This document shows, piece by piece, positions 48,138-61,079 of a stretch of 64,000 nt of DNA. This stretch comes from Marsupella aquatica (Eukaryota > Plantae > Marchantiophyta). Below the pieces are notes generated by a model. It made no database searches. It was not told the origin of the DNA and worked only from the letters and a program-made list of their open reading frames with translations. The stretch covers positions 13,821,580-13,885,579 of the forward strand of contig OZ316894.1 in the NCBI GenBank assembly GCA_973895155.1, read 5' to 3'. The translations under genes and the position numbers were made by a program. Numbering within the stretch: the first letter of the stretch is position 1; every line of letters starts with the position of its first letter.

Positions 48138-51100
48138 TGTGACACGGGTAACGTGTCACTTAACCAAACCCAGGTCGTAGATTAGGTCTTATACGGTCGT
48201 TAGGACCGTAGCCATAGCGTGGAATAGCACATATAGCCGTCTGTTGCCATTATGAATAGATTAGGAGTAGGTTAAGTTGATTGAATGATTACGAATTTGG
48301 GAGGAGGACTATTACGCACGACCGAAGTACGGTGGCGGCGACGGAGTAAAAATCCGTTAGAAGAATCACGCTTGGACCGAGGCGCCGACTTCAGCTCATT
48401 ATCAATGACCAAAACGGCCTGGCCTTCTCACGCTTGGGCTCATCCTGGCACCTCCATAAGAGAGGAGCCGATGGCACTGCGGGCCATTTGCTCATTTCTA
48501 CCTTTTGGAATTCGCGAACGCTGCCATTCACTCACCTTTTTGCTCAAATCAAGCTGACCTTTACAAAGAGATTATCGAGGGATAAGAGCGGAATATGGCG
48601 AGATTTAGTCAGGACAAGCAAGGCCTCCACAAGCACGAGGACTAGCCGGGTGGGAACGCGGACTCGACGAACCGGACTACAAGGTTAGTATGACCCTTAC
48701 AGCCTTGGGATTTTGGACCTTGTTTGGCGAGGTAGGTGCTAAGTTCTCCGAGACTTACTGGTACTCTTGTCCCGAGAAAGCTGCTTACGAAAAAAGATAC
48801 GCGAAGCTGGTGGCCAAGGTAGCACTGGTTAATTGCGAGAAGACAGCCATCACCAAGGATTCCAGCTACAACGAGCTGCGAGACTACATCACCGAGCTAT
48901 ATCTCAGCGAGGAAGGGCTTAGATCGGTAGCAAAGGTGATTCTTGAGGTCCCAGCAAAGTTCTTTAGACTGAAGGGCAGCCAGCGGCTTACTCAAGTAGA
49001 GTTCGACAAGATTTTGGGGTACCTAGACCAGCAGATCGCAGCCGAAAAGCGCCAAGAAGACATCAGCAGACAACCGGAAGCAACGCGTAATCTTACTTTC
49101 CTCGGGGAAAGTTCCAACGCCTTTGACTGGGATATGGCCACCCCAACACCACCAGCACCTCAACCGATGACCACCAGCGTACCTCCGATCTGGTCCCAAG
49201 TCCGACCAGTGATCAACACAGAGTGTTCTTTGGATTCCGAGCAAGTAAGTCCGCAACTCGAGCAGCATTCTCGTAAGCGGTCAAGGACGATGCCGGCCCC
49301 CGAATCAACAACGCAAACCAATGTCGCGCCTACACCTGCCCAGGCAAACCCCCCGACCAACCAGACCCGACAGCCCCCGGCTAACCCTAAGTCCAACTTA
49401 TTACAGGTGATCCACGTCCCCGAAGTAGTCTGGATCGCGATCAAGAAACTCAAACACGCGGACTATCTCAAGGAGCATCAGTTGGAGCCATTCGCTCACT
49501 TGCTATGGAGACCGTGCGCCGCCAGGCCAAAGGAGATTTGTGAGTTCATCTCCAATTTTGACACCGACGCATCGACCACTAAGGTTTTAGGGCAGACCTT
49601 ATCACTCACGGAGCATCGGTTGGCACAGATCTTCTGCCTGCCAACCGGACCGGTGCCGGTTGAACTCCGAATTCGAGATAAGGATTATACACCTTGGCAC
49701 TTCAAACCTGAGGGTAAGACGGACAATGGATACAAGCAAGGGTCGTGCACCAACTTAATCTGCATGGAGCGGCTTAACTTCATACGGACTACCCTACACA
49801 TGATTGAGCCACGATCCGAGATCTCCCTCTACACGATCATACAGGTGGAACAGTACAAACAGCGGAACTGGGCCCAATTCTTTTACTGTAGATTCTCGGG
49901 GGAGCTAAAGCGGGCTCAGGGTGGTATGGCTATTGGGGGGAAGACTTACTTGGGAAGTCATATCGCCATCATCCTCGCCTGGTACAAGGCACGGCGGGAG
50001 GCCAGAGGAAAGAATATGGCCACCTCAGCCCCGACTAATGTCACCTCGCCCCAGAGGAGGAAACCCTGAGCGCGCAAACTACCGCCCCTCAGCCAAACCC
50101 CGAGCCGGAAGCCCCGACTAATACTCCGTCACCTCCTCCTGTTGAAATTCCGTCGCCCCCTTCCGTTGAGCCTCCGCTACCCGCGGTACAACCACCCCCA
50201 ATCCCTCCACCACCTGAAGAAACCTTCCCCTCCCCAGCGCAGACTACGAAGGAGATCGTTGCCCCGCCCGAGGAACCACCGGTACCCGAGAGGATGGAGG
50301 ACTACCAAGTAGCCCCGGGGACCATGGCCTACGACCTGGTCCAGAAGTTTAGCCAGACTATGTCTGGGGAGCTGGCGACGTACATCGGACAACAAGTCTT
50401 GGCGTACTTTCAACCAGCCTTCTTCATGTTAGAGCACCAACCACGGATCGTAAGCCGCTTGGAAGAAGAACTCATGGCGAAGGGGAATGAGATCAGGCGC
50501 CTCCAAATGCTGGTAGAGCACCTCGAGGAGGAGGCCACTACCCGCCGCGAGGAGTTAGTCCGCACCGTCGAACAAAGGAACGGACTAACACAGGAGTTGA
50601 GCGGAGCGCAAGCAGATCTCAAGAAGCTGGACGACACCGTGCTTCAATTGCGCTCATAATCTTTGGCTCAGGTTACCAGCCTGACCAACCTCAACAAACA
50701 GTTCCTGCAGGCAGCTCAGCAGGTAGCTAGTCTCTCCGCCGAATGGGATAAATTGCTGGCGCAGGATCAGACCCATCGCGACGCCATTAACCGGCTCAAC
50801 TTGGAGGTAGCGCGGCTCCAGACAGAGGCCGATGAAGCTGCAAACAAGGCGGAGGAGGCGGTGCGGGATAACAAGGCCTTGCAGGATTGCGTTGCCCTAC
50901 TTGTCCTCCAGCAGGGAAAACCTGGGCCCACCTCTGATCAAGGCGGCTCGAGGTCTCGCCCCGACAGGGGGACAAAACCTGGTCCGACCATAGCACACAC
51001 GTAAGGGGTGGTTAGCGAAGGGTGGAAGCAAGCGCCGCGCGAGGTAGTTGAGTCAGCGGCATCTTTTGGTTAAGCGTAACGACATAATAGCTGTCATTAG

Positions 51101-51987
51101 GCGCCGATTAGCGGCAGTAGGAAGAATTAGGACCAAATCAGTTAGGAGCAACCAGCGTAGGATGGAGTCCATCAACGGACTAGATTTTGTCAGTAGGCTT
51201 AGTTGCTGCCATTCCGGTTAGCACTCTTGTCGTCAATGGTCAACCAGTCAGTACGGCACGGCCAGTTAGTCAGAGGGTAGTTAGTTAGTAGATATTGCCC
51301 CGGAAGGTAGTATCCTCCGGTTCCCTTCCACAAATGTAGTATTTAGGCTTCCCCTTCCGCTATGGAAGGGGAGAAGGCTTAGTTATCTCAGCAGAAGAAA
51401 AGGCGAGACACGGGGAGTCCCGGCCTGAGTAGGGTCAGAGTGCACCAAGGAGTGAGAGCCAGAGTCGAGCTTGCTGGACAAGTGTGAGGCGGGGCCTCAT
51501 AGAGACTGGGCATCGACTGCCGTTGGGCCTGCTGACCCCCTTAGAAGTCGAGTCAACCATGTAAACTGATGCTTCACGGAGTAAATGTAGTCTTTTCCCT
51601 CTAATGTTTCCGTGAGTAACTGGTGTTGTGTGTATGCTTTGTCTGGGCAAAGGCGCCATTTTAAGGGACGTACCGGGTGCGGACTAATGGTAGGGATTGC
51701 CACCCATTGCATGTCACAAGGTTCTTTCGCGTCGATGGCTTGAAAAGCCCCAAGCCGGGAGTTAGTCCGAGTCACTAACTGAGGGAAAATTCCAGCGGTG
51801 GAAAATAAATATACCTATGACTAGTACGAATTGCGTAAGTGTTATACCAGTAAGTATATCAACTTAGCCCAACTTAGGGCTAATCGGGGCCACTACACAC
51901 CTCCTTGCCCGACCCTCACCCCTACTGGTGGTCGAAGTTGCGCCATGGAACTAAACTGGATTTAAGGCCCAGGTTAGGGACGCGACA
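48138..51987 (+). mobile_element. Solo-LTR-like unit, copy 3 (3.85 kb, uninterrupted)
   Basis: Ends TGTGACACGG...GACGCGACA with TSD GCAAG (48133-48137 and 51988-51992). No gag/pol and no internal LTR pair. Confidence 0.9.
48690..51004 (+). pseudogene. ~770-codon ORF inside the solo-LTR-like unit: plant-retroelement accessory domain, Pro-rich linker, coiled coil
   Basis: ORFs 48690-50069, 50294-50659 and 50663-51004. PKEICEFISNF...V.G...LTEHRLAQIFCLP resembles the Athila-ORF1/Transposase_32-type domain. Homologs start at 23571 and 45227. Confidence 0.7.
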
Positions 51988-54699
51988 GCAAGACATGACC
52001 AAGTTCATCTAGAACTTTGACAAGGCCCATCAACAGACCCGTGCTCACGGATGAGTGATGCCCCTGAATGAGGCATGGCTTAAACTGATCTTTGGCCTAC
52101 CCGAGGGAGTTACGGGGCAAGGGAGCCAAGTACCAATCCTCCAGCTTCCCACCCAAGGGTTTGGTGGACAACGGCTTCCTCATACGGACATGCCTCGTTC
52201 TAGAGATAGCGGAGCGGCTGGAATTCTAGAGGTATGCACTCCACATGATGGAGCCACGGGGAGAGATATTTTCCGCCAAGGCGATTCAGGTCAAGAACTA
52301 CTGGCCTAGGAAGTGGACCTTTTTGTTTGTCAAGAAGTTCCACGAGGAGATGGAACAACAAAGGAAGACCTTGTACCTCAAGGGAAAGGCAAACCTGGCA
52401 AGCCATATCAAGATTATCATTGAGTGGTACGCCCATTTTGATTGCCGAACCCTAGCTTCCTTGGTGCAACGAGCCCAAACTCACCCCAACCAAGTGGGTC
52501 TTTCCGGCTCAAGAGAGGCGGCCCCAACCCAAATCCCGGAGTCTAGCGCTTGTGGTGTCCACCACCACCCCAACCCCACAGACAACTACTGGAGCCCCTT
52601 CTCCTATACCTGACATAGCAGTCATTGTGACCTTGAACGCACAAAACCAGGCCCGTGCGATCACAGTTGATCTGGCCCCAAACCAAAGGCCTTGACCACG
52701 GAGGAAGCCCCAGCACCCTCCGCACCCATCCGAGCGGGTTCCCTTCCCCTTTGGGAGAACCATCTCCCCCTGTCCTCGTCACCCCGGGTTTGGACGTAAC
52801 CACTCCGGCCTTTGCCCGAGTTGAGGTCTATCCTTGCCCTAACCCAAGTGGGCACAGCCTGGTGGACCCAAAACTCTTTGGACCGGGCATGTATTTGAAT
52901 GGGTTGGGCAACTTCTCCCAACAAGTTGGTCAAGATATGAGGGAGTTCTGGCCCGCATGCAAGGTGGCTTATTTCTTTAGCCAAGAGCTAGTTGTGGCGG
53001 TGAAAGCAAGGCATGCTCAGGCTAAAGCCGCAAAGAAGATAGAGTAGTATCGGGTTGAGGCAACCAAACTATTAGATGAAGCCTCAACCCGAGAAACCAA
53101 GCTTCAACTTCTCCGCCCTTAGCTTGTGATTGCTTTGACCTAGGTCACTAATGCTGAAGCCAAGATAGCCTTGGCCGGGCGAGCCGGAGCTAGAAAGGAC
53201 ACCCAGATCTCACGGCTTCGGACCCAGATTGACAGCTTGAAGGGGAAAGCCGTCATCTAGAAGAAAGACGTGGAGGAGGCCGACACTTGGCCTAAAGAGA
53301 TGCAACCAAGGTGGACGCCCTAAAAGAAAAAGTGGCAAGGCTTCTACAAGAAGCTACTAAGCAAGACCAATTGGTGGTGCAACTAACGAGCGATGCCCAA
53401 CAGTTGGAAGAGATGTGCCAAGAGGCTGCGGAGGAGATGGACGCGAAAGTGAGAGAACAAGTCTCTCCTAGACCAAGTCCAACTACTCAAGCGACATGTA
53501 GACCGACTAAGGAGACAGTGGGATGGCCGCTCCAAGTCCAACTTGGGTGGGTCTAGCAAGCGTGCCAGACATTAGCGGCAGAGCAAGGTTAGAATAGAGT
53601 TAGGTTTAGTCAGGAAGGTCAGACACTTGGGACAAGCACCAAAATTAGTTAGCGGCACTGTCCTATCCGACTGACCCCCTTTAGCGTAGAATCTTAGCAT
53701 AAGACAAGTCATTTTTTGGCCTGACAATTAGCAAAATTTAGGGTAGATTAGATTCAAGCACGTGGCCGTTTCAGGCCATGGCTCTTAGTTAGTATTTAGT
53801 GCACCCCCGGTAGAGGCAAAGGGGGGGGATTTTATGTTCAAAACCTGGTATCCGTAGGACGTGCGGGGAGTCCCAGCCTTTGTGAATAGAGAGGCACCAA
53901 GGGGTGAGTGTGCGACTAATCTTGTTGGGCGAGTGTGGAGCAAGGCTCCGTTGTAGTGTACAACTTACCGCATATATTATCTCTTTTTGGAGTACATGAA
54001 TTCTAATAAGGAAAGGATTAGGGAGAGGAAGAATAGGTACTGGTCTGGGCATTATCGTACTATCAAATATTCCATCTAACTAATATTCATTCTAATGACA
54101 AGATATAGAATCATTCAACGAAAAGTTCATTTATTTTAAATAAATACTATGCATTGAGTTAATTCTAAGTATAGACATGCAGATGTTTATCTTAATAAGT
54201 TTATCTTCTTTTGAATGAAAATACTATTTGAAGGTCCAACGCATATAAATTACCACTGACTGAGCTAAGCTCCAAGCCAGCGTGCATGCGTGGGTCTACT
54301 TCATAAGGGTTTCACCCAAAAGGAGCATAAGATGTTAAGGTATTGTTGAACACTTTGCAACTCTTTAGGACTTAATAACCATCTCCCATCAAATGATAAC
54401 ACTTTTTGAAGGTCCAATTCATACAAAATATCTCTAGCAAAGCCAAAGCTCTAAGCAAGCGTGTATGAGTGGGTCTATTTCATAAGGGTTATATTCATAG
54501 AGGAGGTCACCAAGTCCAATGGATTCTTAAGGCTTCACAACTTAGTTAATGAAAGATGGGGAGTGAGGGGAGAGAGTCTCTCTCCTCTTTATTTATAGTG
54601 CTCACACCTCAAGCACACGGATCAAGCATGGCACACGGATGGAAGCCATGTGTCACACATCCAAGGCAAGTAAGTGTGCTAGTACTGTAATTACGTGAG

Positions 54700-55025
54700 T
54701 GGAGCAACTGTAGATAGTACACTGTAGCATGCACACTGTAGATCGTACACTATAGCATGCATATTATAGATCGTACACTGTAGCATGCACACTGTAGATC
54801 TTGCACTGTAGCATGCACACTATAGATTGTACACTATAGCATGCACACTGTAGATCTTGCATTGTAGCATGCACACTGTAAATTGTACACTATAGCATGC
54901 ATACTGTAGACCGTGTACTATAGCATGCACTCTGTAGATCATACACTATAGCATGCACATTATAGATTGTATACTGTAGCATGCACACTGTAGGTCGTGC
55001 ACTGTAGCATGCACACTATAGACTG
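54700..55025. repeat. 28-bp tandem repeat (~11 copies) within the Gypsy LTR
   Basis: Unit TAGCATGCACACTGTAGATCGTACACTG at 54725, 54753, 54781 and onward. Confidence 0.9.
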
Positions 55026-55111
55026 CATATAATGCAAGAATTCAAACTACTATCCTATACTACTAAGCTATACTTAGGAGGAACTTATTAAATAAAGAAT
55101 CCCCATGACAT

Positions 55112-55275
55112 ATCACCCCTACTAAACCTGTGCAGCCTCCGGTCTGCACCACACTTAATAGTCACCCCTACTAATCTTGTGCATCTTGTAGTCTGCACCA
55201 CACTTAATAGTCACCCCTACTAATCTTGTGCATCTTGTAGTCTGCACCACACTTAATAGTCATCCCTACTAATCT
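55112..55275. repeat. 49-bp tandem repeat reiterating the PPT
   Basis: TCA(C/T)CCCTACT at 55113, 55162, 55211 and 55260. Confidence 0.85.
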
Positions 55276-55355
55276 CTTACTTCACTCAATGAATATTTCT
55301 TCCTCTTGCTTTTCAAGTTTCTCATGTCCTTCTTCTTCTTCCTCTTCCTCTTCTT

Positions 55356-55694
55356 GAGGCTTTACACCGTGCCAGGAAACAGGAAAATGATTTCCTATTA
55401 TGAGCAAAATTTTACTGTTATCAGCAAAAATGAGATATAAAAAATTTCTCATTAAAACTCAAAATTTTCAAAATATTTTTAAAAACGATCATTTTTGGCT
55501 AGCGCCAGGCGCTACTATTACTAGCTTGGGGCGCTAGTAAAAAAATGTCAAAAATTTAAACCAAAAAAAAAAAAAAAATCCAAAAAAAAAAAATCCAAAA
55601 AAATTTTCAAAAAATTTTCAATTTTTTTAATCCATTTTGCTGTTTACTATTTACTGTTTCCTGTTTCCTGTTTCCTGGCACGGTGGTTATACCC
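55356..55694 (+). mobile_element. MULE-derived MITE (339 bp) inserted in the Gypsy integrase tail
   Basis: TSD CTCTTCTT (55348-55355 and 55695-55702). Ends GAGGCTTTACACCGTGCCAGGAAAC ... GTTTCCTGGCACGGTGGTTATACCC. Paired palindromes at 55500 and 55522. Confidence 0.9.
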
Positions 55695-58600
55695 CTCTTC
55701 TTGGTCTGAATCGATGGTCTCTTCCTCTAAAAAACGTGTTCGCCTTTTGAATATTTTCACCCTTTTTCCTGCATAAGGCACACGATGAATTGCTCCATCC
55801 AACTCACGGAGAGTGTAAGTGGAATTTGGGTGAGTAGTAACTACCAAAAATGGGCTCCTCCAATGTTGTGCAAATTTCTTGATCGAGGAGTGATCTTGTC
55901 TGAGACCGCCTTCAGAGACTAAGACCCAATACTCTTTTTGGATTGTCTTGGGTCTCAATCGATGGGTCTTGTCAAAGCGGGATTTGTTAGCCATTCTCTT
56001 TTGCTTCAATTGTTTAATGGCACCTTGGATCTTTGTAGGAGTGTGATCAAACTGCTCTATGCGACGAAGAATCAAATCCTCTTGAGATACACCATCCTCC
56101 CACTCTATTGCCCTCCAACTATTAATGTCTTTTTCTATTGGCATGAGTGAAAGTTGACCCTGATCAACTCTGAAGGTGCATATCCTGTTACCGATGTGCA
56201 AGTTGTTCTGTGTGCCAGAAGTGCTAGGGGAAGGAAGTTTGGCCAAATTGAGATTCTCCCCTTGCATGCCTTAATCAAGGCATTCACAATTGGTTGGTGT
56301 CCCCTCTCACTCTTGCCATTACCTTCAAGATTGTAAGCAGTTGTCAATTTGAGATTCACCCTAAACTTCCTGAAAAATGCAACTGCTTCCTCTGCATTGA
56401 GCTCCCCTCTGTTTGCCCTCATGCGATCAAAGCATCCATACCTTGCAATGATGTCCTCCAATACAAATTTGCATATCACCTCGGTCTTATTTGTTGTCAA
56501 GGCTCTACCTTCAATGTAGGAGGAGAGGTCCTCAATAGCCAAGACAAGATACTTGGCTCCTCTTACTCCTCTCGGCATGTGTACCACATCTACAACCCAT
56601 TGGTAGTGTAGGGAAAGAGGGTACGTGGGTTTTAGTCCATCTCTATGCTTCACCTTTGAGTAGAGTTGACACACTTTGCAAGTTTCCACATACTTACTTA
56701 CATCTACATACATCCCTGGCCACCAATATAGCCTTCGAATCCTTTCATAAGTAGCCAATGGAGTAGATTGCTCTCCCAACAAACTCCTCGGCGAACTCAT
56801 CCACCACAGGTCCTGTGCCCACATTCCTTATGGTGACCTTGTTTGGTGGTTGCATTTCCTGAATGAACCTTAGCTTCCACTAGAAGAAACCGGGCCATTC
56901 TGAGACCCTGCCTTAAGTGACTCCAGTGAGACCTTCCAAAATTTGTGACTCCTAGGTTGTTGGTGTCATTTTAGTTACAAGTGTTGGACTGAGTTTTGGA
57001 GAATTCTTGGGAAGTCATTTCTATAACTATTGTGGAAGTTGCAACTATAACTAAGTTTAGCCAACAAGAATGAATTTTGTTAAGTCACTCACATACCATT
57101 TGGGATATATCATCATTTTCTTAGTTTACCTGGATATTCTACTCGTGAGGTATGCCTTTAAAAGAGTAAGATAAAGGGGAACATCGGGAAGAGACTTACA
57201 GGCCACATGGGGGAACAGTAGTGAGAAAGGAGGGGTGGAGCTTGATGGTCGCCTAATATTCAAACAGGGTCGCCTTGCTTGATTTGCAAACTTTCACTTA
57301 GGACGTAGATTAAAGCATTAGACTGCGAGCTTCAATCGCTATGGAAAAGTAGGTTTTTGCTGCGTGGCCGAGGAGGTTTAACCCAGGTTAATGGTAGACT
57401 CAACCTTGGGTTGTAACACTCCCCCTTGGTTGTACTGTGGAAACATGTTATGGTGCAACCAACAAGTCTACCGTATATGTGGAGTGTAATTGTTGTATCT
57501 TTAAGATATGGCCTAATGAAAAGGAGAAGAAATTGGGGGGGGATGTAACCTCATTAAAACCTCCCCTACTTTCTTTTGGGAGGATAGAGTGTTACCATCC
57601 CTCCTATTCTATAGTATAATGTAATTGCATGGTTTGTGAGGTAAAGTTTAGTAGACTATGTGGTCTTTAGGCTCTTTTGAGGTGAAGTGTAAACGTAAGT
57701 AGACTGTGTAAACTAAGGTAAGTGGTGTATGGGTCCGTAAAGTTATTCGGCCAAGTTAGGTTGTTGTAAAGCTAGTCATAGTTGATGGAGGATGGGCGTA
57801 GTTGGAAGGAGTCGATCCTCCTGCTCGTTGCCATCCCTTGCTTTTGCTCGTGGTTGACTCGCTGTCTCTGGTGCTCCGTGTCTCTGTCTGTGGAGAAGAA
57901 AGGTCGGCAGTGAGGCTCGTCCTTTGTTTGTGAGGAAGAAGAGGGGAAATGTTAAGGGCTATGGATTGGGGCAGCGACGCGCGGGCTGCATTATCAGAAT
58001 TCGAGTTGAGGAGTAGCGTTCTTGATGGTAAGATCTAGCCTATAGCCTGTATATTCCTTTGTTGAATTGTCTGTGTTTGTGCATCTCCTTTATTGCCTTC
58101 GGTCTGTTTTAGTGAATGTAAATATGGTGTCTTAATTTTCTGTGCTGCGATCTGTTCCAATGCGCTGCTGGGTCCGGTTTCCAACTAGCTTCGTGAGAAG
58201 CGCCATTGTAGTCCTTTGGATGCAGTCAATAGAGTATGTCTTCACAGTTCTGCTGTCGTTCATCTTTCGCCCGATTGAGTTGATTGTAAGATTGCTGTCG
58301 ATTCCAAGATTAGCTTTGTAGTCCGGTTGCGCTTGCTTCTAGTTATTCCTCTGTGCACTTGGTCTTCCATGCCAAGATTGAATCTATTTTCCAATGAGCT
58401 CTATAATCCCTTCAACAGTTGAGTGGTGTGAGGGCGTGCGAAGACAACGAGAGCTTTGGAAAGTAACTGTCATTCAGCCCGTTGTCCGAGTTAAGTTGCT
58501 GGTTGCAGTTGTCACATTGCTAGGTTTGGCTGCTGTGCTGAGTGTGCACATTTCATGTAAGTTAGGTGGTCGGTGTTTTTTTAGGCATTGCGGAACTTGA

Positions 58601-59554
58601 TTGACCTCCCCATGGCTAAGGTTTAAGGTGCGGACTATGACTCCTAATTATGCAGAAGGACTTCAAGCCCCCTGTGTATTGTAAGGAGCAGTGAGTCGAC
58701 GATAGGTGGAGGAAGAAGACCGAGAGAAACTGCCCACCGAATGTGCTTGCTTGGGCTGAGGTTCAGGCTGCACCAGTAGGAAGAGAATCAATGAAGCGAC
58801 GAGGCTTTGCATTTGGCCAAGAACAGCATTCGGAGCAGAGCAGCAGGGCAGGATTTGCAACTATGTTCTCTTTTCATTGCAGCCGCTATTTTTTGTTGTT
58901 GGAGATGGCCGCGGTTTCAGCTACGATTTGCAGTGCTGCTCTTTCTACGCGGCAGACGGATTCCACATAGGAGTGGCCATCACGAGCGCTCTCTAAGAGG
59001 TCGAGGACTGTCTAGTGCCGTTCCCTCCTTTTTTCCATTTCAGTTGGGTTTTCGGTGTTCGTATCTCCTGTAGTAGAAGTGGTCATTCAAGAGAAGCTTT
59101 TCTGAATTATGGTGTGTCACAATAATGCTTGATCACGAATGGATGGCGTTGTCATCAATTGGAGTCTAGGGTTTATTCCAACGTATAGATATCTTGTGGC
59201 TACAATTTGTGTCGAGCCGGGCGTATTGTATCATAGAAATTGGTTTGGGAGTGTTTTTTCTTAAGACTGTGAACAGTGTCCTCGATATAAAAACCATGAC
59301 ACTCGTTGTAAGCTTCAGAAGTAGAATTCAGGTCCGATGTATTTCTCTTGAGATTGTGGTGGAGGTGTCCACGTAGAATGAGGGTTGCTCCGTAGTCGGA
59401 CCTAACCTCGTAGCCCCTTGTGAGTCTCACATCAAACATTAAGCCTTTCACACATGCTAGATTGGTCTGTCCCCCTAAGTCACCCAATACTTGTCCCTGC
59501 AGACAGTCGGACGGATGGAAGGAACTTTCCTCTAGAGCCCTTGCTAGCTCGGAA

Positions 59555-59951
59555 ATGGCATGTTCGACATATCCCCCACCACCACCTTACTACAAATTGT
59601 ACAAAGATTTTGCAAGCAATCCAGAGTATGCTCCGGCACCGCCTCCACCAGTTAGTGGCACTTATGCGATGTTCGGCTCCAATTACACAGTGAGTATGAT
59701 TGTTTGAGAAGAAAACTTGAAACAAGACGTGTTTGTATGATTGCCGCAAATCTTGTTCTTGCTTTACAACTGAAATTGACTCTCTATAACTGTATCTATT
59801 CCCAGAGTCGTTGGCTGAGTAGTTCGGGTCAAACCTATTCGGTAAGCGTGCACGTCTTAAATCTTCTTTTGTATATATCAGACGGATGACATGCTACCAA
59901 GCCTAGAGGAGCAAGGTCTACGGCAACTGTATCCGAAGGGTCCAAATGTAG
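59555..59951 (+). CDS. MED7: Mediator subunit 7, exons 1-2 (59555-59689, 59882-59951); rest of gene not found in window
   Basis: MACSTYPPPPPYYKLYKDFASNPEYAPAPPPPVSGTYAMFGSNYT|TDDMLPSLEEQGLRQLYPKGPNV matches the plant MED7 N-terminus. Canonical GT-AG intron. Confidence 0.9.
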
Positions 59952-60899
59952 GTTCGTATTCCTTCAGTTTCCTTTGTTTGTGATGGAATAGTGAGAGTCG
60001 TTGGTGGACATCATATTCTTCACCCGTCGGTCTGCAGGATGTTTAAGTGCGCTAGGTCAGACGGTGAGGGGAGGAGTTAATTGAGCTGAATCAGGAGGAT
60101 TGGAGATTGCTTCGTTTCTTCTTGTCAACTTCAATCGAAACTATTGCTCTGGAGTTGACATGTCTTTTGACAAGACTTGGGGCACTCGTGGCACTCGACA
60201 TGTTGATTGAAATCGTGTTGCTGCCTTACAATTGTGAAGATAGAATATCTGGCTGTGTTTATGAAGCTGAAAATTTCTTGCCTGCGGTGATGCAGATTAC
60301 AAGAATGATTTCTCATAAACACGGGAAATAATCACACTCCAAACTTCAACCCCAAAGCACAGAATAGTTCATCGCAGACAACTGAATTTGCTTCAAACTA
60401 AGACCCGTGCTGACCGTTCATTCAAAGTACCTTGGATGAAACCTCTAATCAAACAACAGCTCCCTTACCCATTTTAAGGCGTTGACAGGCTCTAAGCTTG
60501 GCTTCTGACATGGAGTTTGTGAGTTGGAGAATGGTCACGAACAGTTTCCTTGTATCGTTTCACAAGGCAGACGAAGCTGTTTGTCACTCCTTTTAACTTA
60601 TTTTAATGTCTACCATAGAGGACTAAGACCAATGGTGGACGTGAGCTGGTAAGTTTCTCAGCTTTTTTAGAGCACCATGTCACTTCCCTAAAGTCATTTA
60701 TGCTGTGTGACGACGTGGTTTCACTGCCGCTCATCCATTGAAATATTTGTCATAATACAGAGCGTAGAAAACCTAAGAGGTGATGTTCCTTTGCTCATAA
60801 ACCATTACCATGGTGCACCTGTATACTTTGTGCTTACCGAGAAAAAGAAGCAGAAATGATGGGTGTTCAATAATTTCTGCCTATGTACGTTGGGGTTTT

Positions 60900-61079
60900 A
60901 ACCCTGTTGTCTCATAAATTCAACGGAGACATTTTAGCTGACCTCTTGTTTTTGATTTCTACTTCATGGTGTCTGACTGTTGCAAAAACCCAACCCTGTT
61001 GTCTCATAAATTCAACAGAGACATTTTAGCTGACCTCTTGTTTTTGATTTCTACCTTCATGGTGTCTGACTGTTGCAAA
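60900..61079. repeat. Tandem duplication, ~90 bp x2
   Basis: AACCCTGTTGTCTCATAAATTCAAC...TGACTGTTGCAAA occurs at ~60900 and ~60992. Confidence 0.85.

Larger units (their letters stand above)
44380..53951 (+). mobile_element. Divergent solo-LTR-like unit (family B), hosting copies 2 and 3; 3' end cut by a Gypsy insertion
   Basis: Starts TGTGAC inside the Copia protease region. Segments 47023-48137 and 51993-53951 encode a degenerate homolog of the family-A ORF (HMMEPRGEI...W...F...LASHIKIIIEWY). Shares CGGGGAGTCCC...GCACCAAGG near its 3' side. Confidence 0.7.
53952..56877 (-). mobile_element. Ty3/Gypsy retrotransposon 3' part: integrase, PPT and 3' LTR
   Basis: Integrase motifs YWWPGMY..CKVCQ, WVVDVVHM, TAYNLEGNGKSERGH. 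PPT AGTAGGGGTGATA directly precedes the LTR, TGTCATGG (55110) ... TACACTACA (53952). Cut at 56878 by a CACTA. Confidence 0.88.

Noticed and set aside
54700-55025. 28-bp partly palindromic repeat array as CRISPR
   Set aside because: Head-to-tail minisatellite without spacers, inside an LTR.
55647-55694. C-terminus of ORF 55647-56267 (EGYNHRARKQETGNSK) as integrase sequence
   Set aside because: It is read-through into the inserted MITE.
57160-59500. Short ORFs upstream of MED7
   Set aside because: No recognisable domains; they look like promoter, UTR or intron sequence.
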